DNA of 64,000 nt. It comes from Candidatus Bathyarchaeota archaeon (GTDB taxonomy: Archaea; Thermoproteota; Bathyarchaeia; 40CM-2-53-6). Positions 10,233 to 18,955 of this stretch are shown here, piece after piece. The stretch is from contig CAVPLU010000012.1 of NCBI GenBank assembly GCA_963706285.1, positions 64,001 to 128,000 of the forward strand, given 5' to 3'. The notes under the pieces are model-generated. The model saw nothing but the letters and a program-made list of their open reading frames with translations. It searched no databases and was not told where the DNA came from. Numbering within the stretch: position 1 is the stretch's first letter; every line of letters starts with the position of its first letter. The position numbers and the translations under genes are program-made.

Positions 10233-10333
10233 GGGCGGGTATAGAAAGGGCAGTTTCTCCCGATGCCTAGCCAGGATAGGGCACAGGCCTCCGGAGCCTG
10301 GAGTCGCGGGTTCGAATCCTGCCCCGCCCGCCA
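10233..10333 (+). tRNA. tRNA-Arg(CCG) with a 23-nt BHB intron at position 9/10 (10242-10264); CCA encoded
   Basis: Spliced cloverleaf: GGGCGGG TA|GCCT AGCCAGGATA GGGC A CAGGC CT-CCG-GA GCCTG GAGTC GCGGG TTCGAAT CCTGC CCCGCCC G CCA; strict BHB at the junction. Confidence 0.93.
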
Positions 10334-10386
10334 AGTGTACAAGATACGCGGTACCTTTTCGCAAACGCATTCTTCGTGCAGTGAGT

Positions 10387-11193
10387 TCATCTCGGTTTTC
10401 GAAGGAAGAAAACGAAGAGCACTACGAGCGTCATGCAAGCGACCGTTCCTACTTTTGAGAACTCCGGGATAGGGATACTCACGGTAGTGAATTGAACGTT
10501 TGAATCCATATTCGGGCTGTCGAAGTATGCTTGGTAGCGCCATCCCTCGGTGGTTGAGCCTACAATCACAAAAAACGCCAGAATATGGCCTTTTGAGATT
10601 GTTCGATTGACCGCGAAAGTCAGAGTGTACTTCGTCGGTGATTGACTCAGTATACTGCCAATATCGTACTTGTACTGGTAGAATTGATCACCAATTGGGT
10701 TGCCTGTGGCATCGGTTTCAGTCAGACCGAATGCGTACCCAGACGCGATTGGCACAGGATCGAGCGAGCTCATCCAAACTGTCATGGTTGCATTTCCTTG
10801 GATCGTCATGTCCGCGGCGAGCGGCTGAGTGATCCATGAAACGCCACCAACCCAAGCGTCGATCAATGCAAACCACAACCGTGTACTCTGGTGGATATTG
10901 CAGGATACAGCAGCAGTTCGCGCAGTTGCATACGTGGGGGGATTTTCATCAGCGCCATCGTAGATCAATATCGACGAGTTTGAGCTCGCATAGACTGAGC
11001 GATACATGTGGAAACTCATCTTGACTAGTCCCGATTGAGAGACCTGTTCCTCAGCCGCAGCTGCATGTACAAACTGCACGTAGAGCACAAAATTTGCTGT
11101 CAGCATCAGGACCACTAAGGCAAGGGTGCACCAGTTCTGCCAACCGATAGGAGATCGCTTGAGAAACAATATCGGACGCGTTCGATCAGGCAT
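10387..11193 (-). CDS. Secreted surface protein with PEF-CTERM-like sorting tail
   Basis: N-terminal signal peptide, beta-rich body, C-terminal IPEFS + TM helix + RKPR. Confidence 0.75.
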   Translation of the reverse strand: MPDRTRPILFLKRSPIGWQNWCTLALVVLMLTANFVLYVQFVHAAAAEEQVSQSGLVKMSFHMYRSVYASSNSSILIYDGADENPPTYATARTAAVSCNIHQSTRLWFALIDAWVGGVSWITQPLAADMTIQGNATMTVWMSSLDPVPIASGYAFGLTETDATGNPIGDQFYQYKYDIGSILSQSPTKYTLTFAVNRTISKGHILAFFVIVGSTTEGWRYQAYFDSPNMDSNVQFTTVSIPIPEFSKVGTVACMTLVVLFVFFLRKPR

Positions 11194-11307
11194 GTCATGG
11201 TTGACTTAAGGCTTTCACTATGAGATGCCTGAACGGTTCCTTCGATTATGTGACTTAGTGCGCAAGCATGAAGCGGTACTAGCGTTGGAGCTTGGTCAAA
11301 CAATTCA

Positions 11308-13927
11308 TCATTCTTGGTCAGCACAAGACCGTCTTCTTTGCAGTGCATAGACCATAATCAGGGAAATGGCTAGGATGAGCCCGCCTCCTTGAAGCTCAGG
11401 GAGAGGTTCACTAGGATACTTCAGATTGATATCCATAGGCGTCACCGAGCCGAGGGACAATTGCACTTCAGCTCCTTGAGTTGTGTATCCTGGGGATGCT
11501 GCTGCGATCATGTACTTCCCGGTCGGTAGCCACATCTGATAGAAGCCGTCCAGAGAGCTTGTATAAGCTTCCACGGGACCATAGGCTGTCACTGTGGCCC
11601 ATGAAATCGGAATCAAGTCTCCGTACATGTTGAATCCGGAGACGGTTCCGAAGACACGGCTTAGCTTCTCAAAGCTTACTGGGACAGTCACTATGCTTTC
11701 AGGGGTTGTTGTGACGGTTAATGTGTCAAGCTGCGAGTAACCAGGCACCCATACCACAACCCGATATGATCCAGGAGGTAGGCCGTAGTCCTTCTGCAAT
11801 TGACGGTCCGTGGTATCATAGAAGTTCACCCACCTCAAGGCAGGATTTCCCGCGTAGTTTCGGAAGCCGGCCGTCCAAACCGTCGAGTTGGCAGGGATCC
11901 GTGTCGCATTCGCAGCTACGAGAATCCCGTGAGTATCGTAAAGCTCGATTCGTACTGGTGGCCCTGGTGGCTGCATCCACGTGTAGGGTGTCGTATCGAT
12001 AGGCGCGATCAGACCCTCCGTCCTAAACGTCAATATCAGATTGATACGGGTGCCAGGTCAGCAAGTCCATCATCATGTCGCTCGCGCTTCCAAGCGACAC
12101 CACAACCGTATACTCCCTGGCCTGAAGATAGCCCACCGTGTAAGCCCTCAAGAGATACCGGTCAGGAAGTAGACCTGTCACATTGACGAAATTTACAGTG
12201 CGCGTACCATTCTTGTAATACGTTACAGTGCCCGTACCATTCTGCCTTCCGTTTGCAGTATAGAGTACTCCAGCTGAGCCTATCAACTCGAACCTGATAG
12301 GCGCATTAGGATACAACCAAGCGACTTCTAATGGCGGAGTCTGCCAATTCACCGATCGCAAAGCAATGAGTAGACTGCCCGCCCTAACCAAATCGTAACT
12401 GAGACTAACCACCGTGCAGCCTCCCCCAATCGCTGCCTGAACAAGCGTTGTCTGCACGTACCCAGGAAAAGAAGCCTGAATCACATACACTCCAGTAGGC
12501 GGTCCGTAAACTCCTCTTGAACCAGAAACCCCAACCAGCACACTCCCGTTGATGCTCACCCGCACTCACAAGAGTACCATACGAACCCCCAAGCGATCCA
12601 TCAGCAGCATACACACTAACCCTCAATACCCCGTCTTGCGGGACACCACAGTCCTCAAGCTTGACACCCCGGCACAAGTCGCCGCCCTCAGACTCACGGA
12701 AATGCACCGTAACAAGGAACGAGCCGCTCCCCCAAAGATCCATATTAACCACGATCTCACGCGAATAATCAAACACGTGAACACGAACCACATCATTCTG
12801 ATAATACCCATTCACACGAGCATTCAGATAATAATCGCCAAGCGCGAAACCAGAAACGTAATCCGCATAATCCTGCGGAACATGACCATCCAACTCCACC
12901 GACCCATTCAACATGAAATGATAATACGAAAGCAGCGGATCGGTTCTACCAGTCACAGAAACTACAAGACCGCCAGAATAATCCGACAATTCTATCGTGA
13001 TCAGCGACGAATTAGACACGCTACCCCAAGGAACTGGCCCGCTAACACATTTCGAAGTGATGAGGCCAGTTATTGTTGCGCTTGGATGCAAATAGATGTC
13101 GACGCCTTCCAACGATTGACCAGTAGAAACAGTAACCCTCTCACTCATCTCTAATGGAGTGAAGCCATCCGCTGAAGCATTCAACGTGTACGTTCCCGCC
13201 GCGAGGCCATAGATAGTGTAGGCACCATTCGCGGAAGCGATTGAAGTAAGCCTGCGCCGTGACGGTTCTACCTTGCCTAGTCGTACCTTCCGCAATAACC
13301 CTACCCGACACATCAACAGGCTCAGCGTACATTCCTTGCGTCCCATTCATCACGCGACCAGAAATGTACGCTGGATCCAAATCACATTTCACCACAACAG
13401 TCGGAAAATTCTCCGCACCTATCGACTGCCCATCCGTGAAGACCTTAACGAAATACCTACCACACACGGTAGGAGCTTCAACGTTGAACAATCTTATGAA
13501 GTAGCTACCGATCGGAATAGTACCGTTCTCGACAACTATCCTCCACCAGCCAGGCGCGATAGCATCCCTCGATCCCTGTCTGCCTAGAGATATGCGGTTG
13601 TAGTCATTCGTTATGCTGGTCCAAACACTCACGGTGCCCGATTGCTGAAAACCAAACTCAGGCGGCACATAAACCACAATCGAAGACACAACCTCGCTTA
13701 ACGTGACGTTTAGAGAGATGTCGCCTGTCGAATTCTGCAGTATAGCACCCTTCGGATAATCCAGCTTCACCACGCTGTCAGACGTGCCCAAATCATGAGC
13801 ATACATTCCAGGAGACATCTGCACCTTAGCCTGACCTCCCGGATTTGCTAAGGCATCTCCAGGGACGCAGCCGGTCTGCAATGACCAGCAACAGTATGAT
13901 GAGCAATAGTCGCTTAGAACAATTCAT
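11308..13927 (-). CDS. Large secreted protein with repeated carboxypeptidase-regulatory-like (transthyretin/Ig-like) domains and PEL-TM-RRR tail; several frameshifts
   Basis: Signal peptide from ATG 13927; four consecutive ORF pieces with G.Y.I.GL..GTY and PGY motifs; ends PLPELQGGGLILAISLIMVYALQRRR. Confidence 0.7.
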
Positions 13928-13978
13928 CTTCAATCCGCCGGAAGGTCTTGAACAATCCAAGACCGACGTGTCGCCGAG

Positions 13979-14383
13979 CTAGGTTGTTGTAGGCGTCGAT
14001 TCTTCCTCTATGGGCAGTTCCGACATATCTTCGACTTCTTCTCCTTTTCTCCGTCGAGCATACACCATAGCAATTCCCAAGACTGCCAAGACTATGAGAA
14101 AACCGCTCAGTAACGAATTGATGACTAAGATCTCGCTGGATGTCAACGGAAGTGAACTTGTTGCACGTGTGAAAGCAGTGAAAGCAGTGTTGGTTCCACG
14201 TGGAAAGGTTTGGGAAGGAAAGAACATGTCTTGGAGGTAGGCATATGCACCGTTCAGAATTCCTGCCACTAAGCTTGCGGATGCCAACCTCTTCTTGGAA
14301 ATCCTCGGGCTCTTAGATCTGATTGCCGATCCCACTGCGAGGCCGGCAACGATTACTGGGATTATGATTGATACCTGTGCCAT
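13979..14383 (-). CDS. Hypothetical 3-TM membrane protein with acidic tail
   Basis: Three hydrophobic segments; TATA-like TTTATAAG upstream, shared with the divergent gene. Confidence 0.7.
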   Translation of the reverse strand: MAQVSIIIPVIVAGLAVGSAIRSKSPRISKKRLASASLVAGILNGAYAYLQDMFFPSQTFPRGTNTAFTAFTRATSSLPLTSSEILVINSLLSGFLIVLAVLGIAMVYARRRKGEEVEDMSELPIEEESTPTTT

Positions 14384-14504
14384 AGAGCTCGCCTAACTTT
14401 TACCTGAGCTTCGAACGCATTTATATAAGGATGCTAAGAGGCCGTCATCAGGGAAAAATAGTCTTGGTGCTTCCGAGTGTCCACAACCCCGATCCGGAGA
14501 TGAT

Positions 14505-15485
14505 GTGAACGTGAATGCTCTCGTTGTGTTGAAAGAACGAGCGATTTTCGCATTCGTATTGTTGTTGCTTCTTGCGCCGATCGGCGTTGTTGTCGGTCAG
14601 AGCGCTACACAATTGACCGTAACCGTTACTGGTCAGACGTTGACTGCAGGTTTCAACAATAATGTCACGATAACGGTTACGGACAGCTACTTTTCGGGGA
14701 ACGTGTATCCGTCCTCAGCGATTTACGATGTGGACGTCGCCGTATCGTTGCCTACTCCGCTACAAATGTTCGGAGATAACCATTGGCACTACGGTACGAT
14801 CGCGTTGAAGCAGTCTGTCACCATTAGCCTTCAAGTCTATGCGCCTATTTCAGCGATCGGCAGCTCGTATCAGGGCACAATTACTGTGAATTATCGAGAG
14901 CTTGGTGACATATCCTACACTACGGAGACTCATCAGGTTAGCTTCGCAGTTCGCGGCTGGATCAGCCTAGTACTCTACGGTGTACAGGTGACGGTGACCG
15001 CTGCCGTGCCTGGCGGTAACGCAACAATCTCCGGCAACCTCCTCAACAGCGGAAACCTAGCCGCCTACAACGCGAACGTGACAGTCAAGTCAGACGCGTT
15101 AGCGTCAACCAGCGTCTCAAGCCTATTCTTGGGTGAAATTGATCCTAACATACCTAGACCATTCAGCCTCCTAATCAACTTCAAGAAAACCCTAACCGAA
15201 GGAAACTACTCAATCACAATCAAGGTAACCGCAATCGACACAAACAACCCAGCCTCACCATACAGCGTCCAACAAACATCACGAATCCAAATAAGAAAAC
15301 CCGTCGTGCAACCACCGCAACAGCGACAGCAGGAAAGTGGCGTCACTGGAATGGTTCTTGAGATCCTACGATTTCTCTATGGATTGTTCTTCGGTTTCTG
15401 GAGTCTTGCAACATCGGTCTGGCCGACCTACTCGTACTTCAGTGCTACAACCGCGTTCATCCTTGATGCCCGCCACGCAGGATAG
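14505..15485 (+). CDS. Secreted COG1361-like Ig-fold (S-layer-type) protein associated with the ABC exporter
   Basis: Signal peptide, LLNSGNLAAYN and FLGEIDPN motifs, C-terminal hydrophobic segment; next to a MacB-like ABC system. Confidence 0.7.
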   Translation: MNVNALVVLKERAIFAFVLLLLLAPIGVVVGQSATQLTVTVTGQTLTAGFNNNVTITVTDSYFSGNVYPSSAIYDVDVAVSLPTPLQMFGDNHWHYGTIALKQSVTISLQVYAPISAIGSSYQGTITVNYRELGDISYTTETHQVSFAVRGWISLVLYGVQVTVTAAVPGGNATISGNLLNSGNLAAYNANVTVKSDALASTSVSSLFLGEIDPNIPRPFSLLINFKKTLTEGNYSITIKVTAIDTNNPASPYSVQQTSRIQIRKPVVQPPQQRQQESGVTGMVLEILRFLYGLFFGFWSLATSVWPTYSYFSATTAFILDARHAG

Positions 15486-16714
15486 AGTCCAGCCAGCGTT
15501 GCCAGTACGACAGGGAATACCAAAGAGAAGAGAATGAGCCCGCTTGAGAATACAGGGTGAATAGTCATAGTCGCGGCGGCGCTACCGCCCCCACCTCCAC
15601 CACCGAAACCGGTGAATCCTCGTCCACCGCCAATGCCAAAGCCCGCGAACATTCCACCCATGAGGTAGGCAAGCATGAAACCAAGCACCAATCCGAAAAC
15701 ACCGCCGAGCATCCCCGTCAGGGCAGCTTCAGCTAGGAAGATGCTCATTATCTGCTTGGGCCTGAAGCCCAATGCCTTCATTACGCCGATTTCTCGCGTT
15801 CGCTCCATCACGGATACGAACATGGTGTTGATTATGCCCACAGCAGCGACGAATAGCGAGACAGCACCAATACTCCCCAAGAACAAGCTCAATTGGCTGG
15901 TGATACTCGTAATGCTCGACAGGATTTGCCCGGGGCTCACAACCCGCACGTTTGATGAGTAGTAGGTTTCGATTGCTGATTGGACGTTAGCGACATCGTC
16001 GGGCGTCGCGGTTATTACGTAGATGCCCGTGTAGACCGGGGTTTTCGCTAGAAATTGGACAGCCTGTATGGGTATGAAGACTGTGTCGTCTACGTTCGAG
16101 AACAACGCCGAACCGTATTGGCTCAAGATCGCGCTAGCAAGAACCGTGTAGGCAGTTCCTCCTCCCCTAGCTCCCCTGATGCCTGAAACTGTCATTGAAA
16201 CCATCTGCGTGATTTGCAGGGGGGTACCCGAGGTCGGGTATGCAATCCCCCACCCCACGACCGCAGAGGTCGTGGCGCCAACGTCCGGTAAGGAACCGGC
16301 TGCAATTGTCAATCCGTTGTATAGCACGAACAAGGCGTTCAGATCTAACCCAACAAGAGTCGTCTGGAGAGAGGACCCACCGACGTTCATCGTTGCTCCA
16401 TACTGGTAGTACGGATAAGCCGCAATGACCCCGCTGATTGTCCGTAGGTAGCTTACGTCACTGTCTGTAAGTTGGAAGGAACTCGAACTCTGCGAACCAG
16501 AAGCGAATTGTCCGCGTGCTGGCTGAATCGTCAGAACGTTCGCACCCGTTTTCTGGATTTGGCTCGTAATACCTGCACTGAGCCCGCTTGAACTCGCGAC
16601 TAATGCTAGGATAATGGCTGATCCCACCGCAATTCCGAGCATAGTCAAGACGCTGCGGACCTTTCTGTCCATCAGAGCCTTGAAAGCTAGCCTGAATGTA
16701 TCTGCGAGTCTCAA
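15428..16714 (-). CDS. ABC transporter permease, MacB/FtsX family
   Basis: RSVLTMLGIAVG, SVMERTREIGVMKALG and GLYPAWRAS motifs. Confidence 0.95.
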   Translation of the reverse strand: MRLADTFRLAFKALMDRKVRSVLTMLGIAVGSAIILALVASSSGLSAGITSQIQKTGANVLTIQPARGQFASGSQSSSSFQLTDSDVSYLRTISGVIAAYPYYQYGATMNVGGSSLQTTLVGLDLNALFVLYNGLTIAAGSLPDVGATTSAVVGWGIAYPTSGTPLQITQMVSMTVSGIRGARGGGTAYTVLASAILSQYGSALFSNVDDTVFIPIQAVQFLAKTPVYTGIYVITATPDDVANVQSAIETYYSSNVRVVSPGQILSSITSITSQLSLFLGSIGAVSLFVAAVGIINTMFVSVMERTREIGVMKALGFRPKQIMSIFLAEAALTGMLGGVFGLVLGFMLAYLMGGMFAGFGIGGGRGFTGFGGGGGGGSAAATMTIHPVFSSGLILFSLVFPVVLATLAGLYPAWRASRMNAVVALKYE

Positions 16715-16901
16715 TAGGAGTCACTTCCCTTCCGAGAAATCCTGCACAAAGCGCTTTCTATCCTGATCAAATCGAACATCATTCTTCCAAGTGAGAATGG
16801 CAAACATGTCGGCTGCCTTGCTACGCTTAACCGAGTCATCATTGCTTGCCCTGTCCTTGCCTTGAACTCATGTGCAAATACTCCAAATGTGAGTATTGGC
16901 G

Positions 16902-17642
16902 TCACGCTCCTGTGTAGGAATCCATCCGCTGAAGATACTGCTCTTTCTCAATCAGCCCATCTTTGATTGTGATCACGCGATGCGTCATGTTAGCAACATC
17001 TGGATTGTGGGTCACTAGAACGAATGTAGTGCCGAGGGTCTTGTTGACTTGGACAATGTAGCTGAGAACCTCGTTAGTGGTCTTCGAGTCCACGTTTCCA
17101 GTCGGTTCGTCGCCAAGAACGAGAGCAGGCTGAGTGACCAGCGCCCTCGCGATCGCGACGCGTTGCTGCTCTCCGCCGCTAAGTTCTGTTGGGCGCTTGT
17201 TCGCTTTCTTTGCCAGCCCAACTGCGCTTAACATCTTCAAGGACCTGCTCCTGCGAATCTTGTCTGATACGCCCCTTGCTATCAGTGGCATCTCCACATT
17301 CTCAATTGAAGTGAGTCTCTGAATTAGGTTGAAGGTCTGGTAGACGAAACCAATCTTCTGGTTTCGAAGGATAGCAAGCCCATCTTCATTCAGCCTCTTC
17401 AAGTCAACGCCATCGATGATGACACGCCCTGATGTAGGCGGGTCAAGCGCACCAATCAGGTTAAGGAGCGTCGATTTCCCACTACCTGAAGGCCCAACGA
17501 TCGACACGAGTTCACGCTTTCCTATCTTAAGATTCACGCCCCTGAGAGCCGGATAGTCCATGTGCCCTACACGATAGACTTTCGTAACGTCGATCGTTTG
17601 AATCGCTGGAGGGCTTCGCGCTGTCAATTCTCTCTCAGCCAC
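16902..17642 (-). CDS. ABC transporter ATP-binding protein, LolD/MacB family
   Basis: GPSGSGKST, LSGGEQQRVAIARAL, DEPTGN, VTH. Confidence 0.96.
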   Translation of the reverse strand: MAERELTARSPPAIQTIDVTKVYRVGHMDYPALRGVNLKIGKRELVSIVGPSGSGKSTLLNLIGALDPPTSGRVIIDGVDLKRLNEDGLAILRNQKIGFVYQTFNLIQRLTSIENVEMPLIARGVSDKIRRSRSLKMLSAVGLAKKANKRPTELSGGEQQRVAIARALVTQPALVLGDEPTGNVDSKTTNEVLSYIVQVNKTLGTTFVLVTHNPDVANMTHRVITIKDGLIEKEQYLQRMDSYTGA

Positions 17643-17726
17643 GTGTGGGTTCGAATGGTCGAGGATTTACGTGTTTTTCCTGCGTTTTCTCACATCAATC
17701 GTCCAGAACGATTCGAAAGCACACTT

Positions 17727-17828
17727 TGGAGCCGGGGGTGGGAGTCGAACCCACATTCTGCGGCTCTGCAGGCCACCGCCTGAACCGTTCGGCCTTCGGT
17801 GGTCACATCAGTTGTGACCAACCCCGGC
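17727..17828 (-). tRNA. tRNA-Cys(GCA) with a 26-nt intron at position 8/9 (17820-17795); CCA encoded
   Basis: Spliced: GCCGGGG T|G GCC GAACGGTTCA GGC G GTGGC CT-GCA-GA GCCGC AGAAT GTGGG TTCGACT CCCAC CCCCGGC T CCA; intron hairpin GGTCACA/TGTGACC with relaxed BHB. Confidence 0.92.
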
Positions 17829-17862
17829 ATTTTCCCCGGCAGTCGAAACTTCAATTCTTGCC

Positions 17863-17870
17863 GTATAAGT
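17863..17870 (-). promoter_or_regulatory. Putative TATA box of tRNA-Cys
   Basis: CTTATA on the minus strand, about 25 nt upstream of the leader copy of GCCGGGG at 17840. Confidence 0.5.
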
Positions 17871-17992
17871 CTATTGAACAGAGTATCAGTATTGACGCAA
17901 CCGGCTTCATTTGGGGTGGCAGCATCTTTTTGTTTGATCACTGTCAGGCACATGGTTAGGAAGACCTCCCGATGGAACGTGGACAGGCGTTC

Positions 17993-18268
17993 ATGATTAG
18001 GCTATGCTCAGATAAGGCAGCCTACGAAGCCGTTCCAAGAAGGAGAATCAAGGTGGATCTGGCAAGGGTCAGGCGCGTTCTCCAGTTGGCGGGAAATTGC
18101 GAGATCACTCTTTGGACTCGTCAGCTGATGGTTGTTAAGCGAGAGGATGCGATCGAGATCACGATTGTTGATGATGGTCGCATGATCATCAGGAATGTCA
18201 CGGATGAACAGGCCGCTCGAAGCATCGCAGAGACTCTATTGCCTGAGCTGACGGCAGGGGAACATTGA
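17993..18268 (+). CDS. Small protein resembling the C-terminal domain of the neighbouring ThiF/MoeB protein
   Basis: RLCSD...IKVDL...EITIVDDGRMIIRNVTDEQAA aligns by eye with WLCGK...LRIDL...EITLFAHGRMLIKGVSSEQEA. Confidence 0.75.
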   Translation: MIRLCSDKAAYEAVPRRRIKVDLARVRRVLQLAGNCEITLWTRQLMVVKREDAIEITIVDDGRMIIRNVTDEQAARSIAETLLPELTAGEH

Positions 18269-18269
18269 C

Positions 18270-18944
18270 CTAGGCTTCTAGTATCTCCGCATTCTCCAAT
18301 GCGCGTCTAACCATGTGGTTCACATCCAGATGCGTCTCAGACTCTGCAATCTCGTCAGTTCGAGAATGCGTCCTTGGTTTACGCGTTGGGATTCCGCAGG
18401 CTGCTACGCCAGGGCTTATTGAGAGCTCGAATGTTCCGATGGTCTTGGCGACGCGTTCAATCTCGTCTTTGTTCATCCCGACAAGGGGTCTGATGACGGG
18501 AAGCCCCTCTGATGTCGAATCCGTCACGAATAGATTGTGCAGCGTTTGGCTGGCCTTTTGTCCCACGACATCTCCTGTAACTATGCAGTCTGCCATTTCT
18601 CTGCGTGCGATCTCGCTTGCGACTCTAAACATCATTCTTCTTGATATCACGCACGCGAGGTTCCGTTGGCAGGAGCTGACTATTTCCGTAAGGTCTGGAG
18701 AGTGTCCAATGATGTAGGTTCTGATTGGTGGAGAACGCGAGTAGGCCCTGACCTTTCTAATGCTTTCAATAGCGATCTCTTTTCCTCTTCGGTCAGCAAG
18801 CGGGTAGCTGTCAAAGAAAACGCTGATTGCAGCCATACCGGCCTTTATGATAAGCCATAGAGCGACAGGGGAATCGATGCCTCCGGAGATCAGACATACT
18901 GCTCTCCCTCGGTCAGCGCCCTGCGGCGAACTTCGGCTCACCAT
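18270..18944 (-). CDS. thiI: ThiI-like PP-loop sulfurtransferase, catalytic domain only (no THUMP/NFLD)
   Basis: LISGGIDSPVA, RRMM..A, TGDVVGQKASQTL.NL, RPLVGMNKDEI...A..IGT; likely start ATG 18944. Confidence 0.8.
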   Translation of the reverse strand: MVSRSSPQGADRGRAVCLISGGIDSPVALWLIIKAGMAAISVFFDSYPLADRRGKEIAIESIRKVRAYSRSPPIRTYIIGHSPDLTEIVSSCQRNLACVISRRMMFRVASEIARREMADCIVTGDVVGQKASQTLHNLFVTDSTSEGLPVIRPLVGMNKDEIERVAKTIGTFELSISPGVAACGIPTRKPRTHSRTDEIAESETHLDVNHMVRRALENAEILEA

Positions 18945-18955
18945 TTCTGTTGTTG

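Noticed and set aside
10223-10241. Upstream GGGCGGG (and GCCGGGG at 17840) as the true tRNA 5' end with a longer intron
   Set aside because: These copies are followed by CT and AA rather than U8-R9 and give no BHB; the downstream copies give canonical tRNAs
12549-13587. Long His/Ile/Arg-rich plus-strand ORFs (12549-13154, 13273-13587)
   Set aside because: Antisense shadows of the surface-protein gene produced by the local C/A bias
15428-15485. 58-nt convergent overlap of the S-layer-like gene and the permease
   Set aside because: The tail looks non-conserved; probably read-through from an indel or lost stop
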